From Vulcanimicrobiota bacterium (GTDB lineage: Bacteria > Vulcanimicrobiota > Vulcanimicrobiia > Vulcanimicrobiales > Vulcanimicrobiaceae), in contig CAWHWQ010000001.1 in NCBI GenBank assembly GCA_963833095.1, forward strand, positions 704,001-768,000: 64,000 nucleotides of DNA, read 5' to 3'. Below, one piece after another: positions 58,197 to 64,000 of this stretch (position 1 is its first letter; each line of letters begins with the position of its first letter). Made by a program: the position numbers and the translations under genes. The notes under the pieces were generated by a model. The model did no database searches. It was not told the DNA's origin and saw only the letters and a program-made list of their open reading frames with translations.

Positions 58197-59303
58197 TCAT
58201 ACTGCGAGACCTCGTCGAGCCTCTGCAGCCACTCTTGTGGCGGCGATTTTTTCGGGCGTGATGGCGGTGTCGAACGCGCGCATGTCGGCGAGCGAAAAGC
58301 CGCAGCGCGACGCCATCGTTTCGATCTCGATCACTTTGTTGACGTCGATGCCGCGGCCGAGCGTATAACATTCGGCCCGATTCTCGAGCGCGAGCACCAT
58401 CGTTTCGCTCATGCACGCAAGCGCCGTGCGGGGTGGCAAGTTGAGATCGAATTCCGTACCCGGCTCACGGACGCGTTCGAAAAACGGATCGCCCGGAACG
58501 AGCATGTTGCCGCCTTCGGTCACCAATACGTCGGGGCGCTCGAGCGCGACGCGGCGGCTCACGTCGTGCGGAAGCGAAAGCTCGCACACCACGGCGCCCG
58601 GCAGTAGGTCCTCGGGTTGGATGACGTCCTGCGTCGACGACGTCGCGGTGAGAATCAGCTGCGAGCGGCGCACGGCGTCGGAAATATCCGTGGTGTGCGA
58701 GACTGCGCAAGGTAGTTCGGTCTTCATCTGCTCGGCGAATTTTGCGAGACGCGTATAGTTGCGCGCGACGAGCACGATGTGCTTGACGTGCGGCGCGAGC
58801 AGTTTGACGCAGGCACCGCCGATCGAGCCGGTCGCGCCGACGACGGCGACCGTGGCCGTCGCTGGATCAACACCCATCTCGCGCGCGCCGCGGAAGAAGC
58901 TTTGAATGCCGGCCGCGATCGTGAGCGAATTGCCGGTGGTGACCGGGATTGGCGACCGTTCCGCCACCGTGATGCCGCCGTCGCCCACGACGCCGGTGAA
59001 CGCGCCTAAGCCCGCGACCTCAGCGCCGAGTTCGGCGCCAATCTCGATGGCGCGTACGATGCGTTTGTAGACCTCTTCGCGGGGAAACTCCATCATCTGC
59101 TCGGGGAACAACGGCGCCGTTACGAACCAGCCTTCGGTCTCGCGCCCGTCCGGCGCGCGCACGCCGGTGACGTGCACGGTCGCCCACGGCGGCATCCACT
59201 CCATGATCTTGCGAACGATCGGCGCGCCTTTGCCCGCCGCGCCCGGCTCGTAGCGCGCGACGTCTTCGAGCGAGAGCGGATGAATCACAAAGCAGAACTT
59301 CAT
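58197..59303 (-). CDS. Acyl-ACP-reductase-like / shikimate-DH-like NAD(P)-dependent oxidoreductase
   Basis: FCFVIHP, AGLGAFT, TTGNSLT, VVGATGSIG, PHDV, ACMSETMVLALE. Confidence 0.75.
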   Translation of the reverse strand: MKFCFVIHPLSLEDVARYEPGAAGKGAPIVRKIMEWMPPWATVHVTGVRAPDGRETEGWFVTAPLFPEQMMEFPREEVYKRIVRAIEIGAELGAEVAGLGAFTGVVGDGGITVAERSPIPVTTGNSLTIAAGIQSFFRGAREMGVDPATATVAVVGATGSIGGACVKLLAPHVKHIVLVARNYTRLAKFAEQMKTELPCAVSHTTDISDAVRRSQLILTATSSTQDVIQPEDLLPGAVVCELSLPHDVSRRVALERPDVLVTEGGNMLVPGDPFFERVREPGTEFDLNLPPRTALACMSETMVLALENRAECYTLGRGIDVNKVIEIETMASRCGFSLADMRAFDTAITPEKIAATRVAAEARRGLAV

Positions 59304-59734
59304 TGTTCGGCTTGGACTTTCAGTGCGCGTAGCATCATCTCGCTATTCTCGAGTACCTTCTTCTGCAATGTCGGACCGATCAATTCTGCCAGCGTCGGTA
59401 CCCCGAAATCATACTCTACGGTGAGCAGCACGTGCGTCAAGCCATCGCGCTCCTCGAAGGTCCAAGCCCCCTCGAACGTGTCGAGATCGCCCTCGAGCAG
59501 CGCGTAGTCGATGCGCAGCGCAGCGTCGTCGAAACGATCCTCCTCGGTCCATTCGATCGGCGCCTCCTCAACCAGCGTCTTCCAGCGCGAGATCACCCGG
59601 TCCGGATGGCGCTCGAGCACCCGGACGGTCTCGACGTCGGGCATGAACTCGGGAAAGCGCTCTTGGTCTTTGGCAAGCTCGTAGACGACGCGGGCTGGAG
59701 CGGCGACCGCGATGCGGGATTCGACGTAGGGCAT
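59300..59734 (-). CDS. SRPBCC/START (polyketide cyclase/Coq10-like) lipid-binding protein
   Basis: VYELAKDQERFPEFMPDV..LEGDLDTFEGAW..YDFG; ATG 59734. Confidence 0.88.
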   Translation of the reverse strand: MPYVESRIAVAAPARVVYELAKDQERFPEFMPDVETVRVLERHPDRVISRWKTLVEEAPIEWTEEDRFDDAALRIDYALLEGDLDTFEGAWTFEERDGLTHVLLTVEYDFGVPTLAELIGPTLQKKVLENSEMMLRALKVQAEQ

Positions 59735-59736
59735 TT

Positions 59737-60996
59737 TTACAAGCGCCCGAGCTTCTCGGCCGCCGCCGCCACCCCTGCGCTCAACGCTGATAGCGCGATA
59801 TCGACCTCGCCCTCGGTGACGATCAGCGGCGGCTCGAGGCGAATCACACGCTGCTGGTTGAGCGTCCAGGCCGCGGTGACCCCGGCTTTGAGCATCTCGG
59901 GGATGATCCAACCACCATAGCCTTCGTTCGTGAGTTCGACACCGGCGAGCAAACCGAGTCCGCGCGCTTCGCGGATCACCTGTGGGTACTCAAGGGCAAT
60001 TGCTTTGCAGCCGTCGAGCAGTTGTTCGCCGCGCGCCCGCGCCTTGCTCACCAGATCGTCGTCGATTAACACGTCCATAGCGGCGAGCGCAGCGGCGCAG
60101 GCGATCTCGCTTCCACCAAACGTGGAAGTGTGAATCAACGGCTGCTTTGCGTACGCTCGACTCCAGGCGTCGGGCCGAGCGATGAACGCGCCGACCGGAA
60201 TGATGCCGCCGGAGAGCCCCTTCGCGAGCGTCATCACGTCGGGCACGACGTTGTCACGTTCGCAGGCAAAGAGATAGCCGCAGCGCCCAAGCCCTGTCTG
60301 GACTTCGTCAGCGATGAAGAGCGCGCCCGAACGGTCGCACGCCTCGCGCACCGCGCGCAAGTATCCCGCGGGCGGAACGTTGACCCCGCCTTCACCTTGC
60401 ACCGGCTCGACCACAAACGCCGCCGCATCGCGCAGCGCTTCATCGAGTACACGTGCCTCGCCGAAAGGCACGTGGGCGACATCGGCGAGTAACGGACGAA
60501 ACGGCGTTTGAAAGGCCTCGCGGCCGCTGATCGAGAGCGCGCCGAGGGTCTTGCCGTGATAGGCGTCGTGCGTTGCGACAATTTTCGCGCGTCCGGTGGC
60601 GGCGCGCGCGAGTTTGATCGCCCCCTCGAGCGCCTCGGTCCCGCTGTTGCACCAAAATGAATACTGCAGGTCACCCGGCGCAAGTTCGGCCAAGCGCTTT
60701 GCCGCGCGTCCGAGCGCGACGTTGAACATCGTCTTGCCCGAAAGCGACATGCGCTCCATCTGCTCGCGCACCGCCGCGATCACGCGCGGGTGCGAGTGCC
60801 CGAGCGTGAAGACACCGTAGCCACCGGCGAAGTCGAGATACGCCTTGCCGTTCTGATCCCAGATCGTGGTGCCGCAAGCGCGCACTTCCAGCGGCGAACC
60901 GGAGAGCTTCATCACGCGCGCCAGCGGCGGATTGATGAAGTTCTTATAGTTCTCGAACGCCTCGGAGGCCAGATCGTTCTCGGTCTCCGCCTTCAT
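59737..60996 (-). CDS. Class III PLP aminotransferase (putrescine/acetylornithine type)
   Basis: YLDFAGGYG, NSGTEA, YHGKT, EPVQGEGG, ADEVQTG, LAKGLSGG, HTSTFGG. Confidence 0.93.
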   Translation of the reverse strand: MKAETENDLASEAFENYKNFINPPLARVMKLSGSPLEVRACGTTIWDQNGKAYLDFAGGYGVFTLGHSHPRVIAAVREQMERMSLSGKTMFNVALGRAAKRLAELAPGDLQYSFWCNSGTEALEGAIKLARAATGRAKIVATHDAYHGKTLGALSISGREAFQTPFRPLLADVAHVPFGEARVLDEALRDAAAFVVEPVQGEGGVNVPPAGYLRAVREACDRSGALFIADEVQTGLGRCGYLFACERDNVVPDVMTLAKGLSGGIIPVGAFIARPDAWSRAYAKQPLIHTSTFGGSEIACAAALAAMDVLIDDDLVSKARARGEQLLDGCKAIALEYPQVIREARGLGLLAGVELTNEGYGGWIIPEMLKAGVTAAWTLNQQRVIRLEPPLIVTEGEVDIALSALSAGVAAAAEKLGRL

Positions 60997-61694
60997 GCGA
61001 CCGGTGCCCCTACGGCAATGCCCAGGGGCGAATAGCCCAGCGACTCCGCGATCTCGTCGCCGTACAGCGACGCAAAAACGATCGGCGCGGCGCGCGAATC
61101 CAAATACGGTTCAACCTTCACGCGATAGGTTGCATCGGTATACGGACTCTCCACGCCGGCAAAAGCTTGCGCGCGAATCTCGCGATCGAGGATCTCGCGA
61201 AGCGTGCGCACTTTGCCATTGCGGCGCTCGTCAATCGTCCGATACAGCGATGCGAGGGTTTCCGCGCGGAGGAGTCCGACGGTCGGCTCTTCGCTGCTCC
61301 AGAGCATCACGACGACCCAGCCGCGCGCAACCTGATGCTTACTCTCGTAGCGATGCGAAAACTGCGTGAACGCGCGATTTGTCCAGCCGCCAAGCGCGTC
61401 GTCGGCAACGATAACGATCAGGCGCAACGCATCGTCAATGCCGTCCAAGCGCGACGCGCCCTCTCGCGCCGCTTCGAGCGCAACTGTTTCCGCGTCGAGC
61501 GCAAGCAGCTTCTCCACCTGTTCGAGTACATGCGGTTTGGCCATCGGGTTAACGTTCGAGATCGGCAATTCCATCTCGCCGGTCTGCGAGCGCAGAATAT
61601 CGAGGTACTCTTTGAAGCGCGCGAAGCCGCGCGGCTGTGTGTAGAGATCGCGCAGTTGCGCTAGAAACGGAACAGGCTCGACGGCGATCGCCAC
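60993..61694 (-). CDS. Hypothetical protein
   Basis: Protein-like ORF coupled to both neighbours (NPMAKPH, GGWTNR, LYGD..SLGY); GTG 61694. Confidence 0.7.
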   Translation of the reverse strand: MAIAVEPVPFLAQLRDLYTQPRGFARFKEYLDILRSQTGEMELPISNVNPMAKPHVLEQVEKLLALDAETVALEAAREGASRLDGIDDALRLIVIVADDALGGWTNRAFTQFSHRYESKHQVARGWVVVMLWSSEEPTVGLLRAETLASLYRTIDERRNGKVRTLREILDREIRAQAFAGVESPYTDATYRVKVEPYLDSRAAPIVFASLYGDEIAESLGYSPLGIAVGAPVA

Positions 61695-61695
61695 G

Positions 61696-62703
61696 TCACG
61701 CCGCGACCATTGGCGAGGACTGCACGCGCGCGATCGTCTCTTCAATCGTAGCTATCGCTTCCTCAGCAAAATCGATGCGCATGATCCGCTCGCGAAGGAT
61801 TGCTGCACCCGGAATCCCTTTGAGATAGAGAGCCACGTGCTTACGCATCTGCGGGACCGCGCGCGACTCTCCCAATTCGTCGACCATCGCGCGGTAGTGC
61901 GTAATGCAATAACGCAACCTATCGGCGGCCGACGGTACGGAGCGCATCTCGCGTCCTTCCATCAGATCGGCGATCTGCGCGATCAACCACGGATTTCCGA
62001 GCGTACCACGACCCAGCATGATCGCATCGACGCCGCTGTCGCGCATGCGCTCCATCGCCGCGCGTGGATCGTCCAGATCGCCGTTGCCGATGACCGGAAT
62101 GTCGATCGCTTCTTTCAAGCGCGCGATGTGCTCCCAATCCGCGCTGCCTTTATAAAACTGGCGCGCGGTGCGCGCATGCAGGGTGACGGCTTGCACGCCG
62201 ACCGCCTGCGCCCGCTTGGCGACGTCAATGTACACGAGGTCGGTCTCGCTCCACCCCAGACGCATCTTCATGGTCACCGGACAATCGACCGCATCGACGA
62301 CCGCCTTCATGATCGCCTCGCAACGATCGAGGTCGCGCAAGCATGCCGAACCGCCGTTGGTCTTGGTGACTTTGGGCGCCGGACAGCCGAAGTTGATGTC
62401 GACGATGTCGGCGCCGCACTCACGCACGACTTTAGCCGCTGCGGCCATCGTCGCCGGATCGTCACCCCAGAGCTGCGTTGAAACGGGCTTCTCGAGGCCG
62501 TGCTGATCGATCATCTCCATCGTGCGCTTGTTTGTGTATTTCAGCGCGTTCGACGAGACGAACTCGGTAACGGTCAGGCCAAGGCCAAAGGGTTTATAGA
62601 GCGCTCGCATCGTCCGGTTGGTAACGCCGGACATGGGTGCGAGCACGAGCGGAGGCCAGATCTGGAGGCTGCCGATTTGCAGCGGAGGCACGGTCGGGGG
62701 CAT
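61696..62703 (-). CDS. dusB: tRNA dihydrouridine synthase DusB
   Basis: LAPMSGVT, DINFGCP, TLHART, IGNGD, LGNPW, MRKH. Confidence 0.93.
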   Translation of the reverse strand: MPPTVPPLQIGSLQIWPPLVLAPMSGVTNRTMRALYKPFGLGLTVTEFVSSNALKYTNKRTMEMIDQHGLEKPVSTQLWGDDPATMAAAAKVVRECGADIVDINFGCPAPKVTKTNGGSACLRDLDRCEAIMKAVVDAVDCPVTMKMRLGWSETDLVYIDVAKRAQAVGVQAVTLHARTARQFYKGSADWEHIARLKEAIDIPVIGNGDLDDPRAAMERMRDSGVDAIMLGRGTLGNPWLIAQIADLMEGREMRSVPSAADRLRYCITHYRAMVDELGESRAVPQMRKHVALYLKGIPGAAILRERIMRIDFAEEAIATIEETIARVQSSPMVAA

Positions 62704-62711
62704 GGCGCCCG

Positions 62712-63476
62712 TTAGTATAGCGCAAATGCGCGCAAACCGTACAGGCTCAGATGTGGGTCTACGGATTCGATCACGGCGGTGTGCTTGGCCATGACGCCGG
62801 CGAGACCGCCGGTGGCAACGACGCGCGCCTGCACGCCCATCTCCGACCGCACGCGCCCAACCAACGCCTCGGTCTGACCGACGAATCCAAAGATGATGCC
62901 CGCCTGCAACGCTTCGATCGTATTGCGCCCGATCGCATGCTCGGGAGCGTCCAGCGCAATCTGGGGCAGCTTTGCGGCCCGCCCGATCAATGCGTCGATC
63001 GAAATATTGATGCCGGGTGCGATGGCAACGCCCAAGTACTCGCCCTGCGGCGAAAGCGCCATGAACACGGTCGCGGTGCCGTAACTCACGAGAATCAAGG
63101 GCACGCCGTAGCGCTCTTTCCCGCCGATCGCGCAGGCAACGAGATCAGCCCCCACCTCCGCCGGCCGATCGGTCTTGATGGTAATCAGCGCTTGCTGCTG
63201 CGCCTCGAGCACCATCGGCGTGACGCTAAAGAACTTTTGGCAGACCTCGATGAGCGTGTGATCGAGGCGCGGCACGACACTTGCGATAGCAACGGCGTCG
63301 ATCTCGCGCGAACGAAGGCCCGCTGTCGCAAAGAGCTGCGTAAAGAAGACGCCGTACTCGTCGGCAGTCCGACGTGATTCGGTGGTCACGCGCCAGTGAT
63401 GCAGCAGCTCGTTTGCATCATTCGCGAACACGCCGAGTTTGGTCTCGGTGTTGCCGACATCGATTGCGAGCAGCAT
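62712..63476 (-). CDS. coaX: Type III pantothenate kinase
   Basis: LAIDVGNT, ASVVP, EVGAD, GTAT, IAPG, VATGG. Confidence 0.93.
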   Translation of the reverse strand: MLLAIDVGNTETKLGVFANDANELLHHWRVTTESRRTADEYGVFFTQLFATAGLRSREIDAVAIASVVPRLDHTLIEVCQKFFSVTPMVLEAQQQALITIKTDRPAEVGADLVACAIGGKERYGVPLILVSYGTATVFMALSPQGEYLGVAIAPGINISIDALIGRAAKLPQIALDAPEHAIGRNTIEALQAGIIFGFVGQTEALVGRVRSEMGVQARVVATGGLAGVMAKHTAVIESVDPHLSLYGLRAFALY

Positions 63477-64000
63477 CAGCGCAGCGCCTCGATGGCGTCG
63501 AGGAGGCGTGCCGCGAGCTCGGCCTTACTTGCGGTACCGAGGTCCTTGCGGCCGTCCTTCCACAGCAGTGTCAGGGTGTTCTCGCCCGCGCCGAAGCCGC
63601 GCTCGCCGCGCACATCGTTGACGACGATCGCATCGAGCGCTTTGCGTTCCAACTTCTCGCGTGCGTGCGCTTCGTGGTCGTCCGTCTCGGCGGCGAAACC
63701 AACCACAAAGGCTTCGTCGTTGCGCTGCGCGAGCGCGGCGATTACGTCGGGGTTGCGTACCATCTGCACGGCCAAATCCTCGTCCGTTTTCTTTAGTTTA
63801 GATTCCGAGTGCTGGGCGGGACGCCAGTCGGCAACGGCTGCACTCGCGATCACCAGATCGACACGCAGGCCGTGCGCCAGCGCCAGGTCCAGGAGATCCT
63901 GCGCGCTCGTGAAGCGATAGGTGGTAACGCCCGGCGGCGGTTCGAGCAGCGTTGGTCCAAGCAACAGCGTCACGTCGGCGCCGCGCAGGGCGGCCTCGCG
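63476..64000 (-). CDS. coaBC: Phosphopantothenate--cysteine ligase domain of CoaBC (5' end off window)
   Basis: SAAVADWRP..KLKK..NPD..VGFAAET..IVVNDV..GFG. Confidence 0.93.
   Translation of the reverse strand, partial: REAALRGADVTLLLGPTLLEPPPGVTTYRFTSAQDLLDLALAHGLRVDLVIASAAVADWRPAQHSESKLKKTDEDLAVQMVRNPDVIAALAQRNDEAFVVGFAAETDDHEAHAREKLERKALDAIVVNDVRGERGFGAGENTLTLLWKDGRKDLGTASKAELAARLLDAIEALR

Overview
High-GC bacterial chromosomal window, almost entirely coding and mostly on the minus strand. Gene style and order (coaBC-coaX-dusB...greA-lysS, truA...rplM-rpsI, secDF, many Ser/Gly/Thr-rich lipoproteins) suggest a Terrabacteria-type lineage, possibly Candidatus Eremiobacterota; this is inference only. 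No rRNA, tRNA, CRISPR array or transposase was recognised. Three systems stand out. (1) A strongly miniaturised flagellum-derived type III export cluster (23.6-40.0 kb). It has a complete export gate (FlhA, FlhB, FliPQR), a natural FliF-FliG-middle-domain fusion lacking the torque domain, FliI without its N-terminal domain, FliM without the CheY-binding motif, and tiny FlgB/FlgC/FliK. It also carries a lytic transglycosylase and a double aspartyl protease, and there are no hook, filament or stator genes in the window. (2) An island between truA and rplM (47.3-51.9 kb) with a PQQ beta-propeller gene followed by tandem cassettes of Cys/Gly-rich lipoprotein plus small immunity-like gene. Both lipoproteins have homologous toxin-like C-termini hidden in the -1 frame. 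(3) An operon of class-III aminotransferase, SRPBCC protein, acyl-ACP-reductase-like protein and an unknown-family protein fused to a permease, which may make long-chain alkylamines. Also present: a lipoprotein/TPR-LuxR/GGDEF-EAL operon, a PHA depolymerase divergent from an ACAD/phosphatase/kinase operon, a HIRAN-RecQ-like helicase after secDF, an RND pump, a TA pair and a metallothionein-like peptide. Family assignments come from motif recognition by eye, not database searches.
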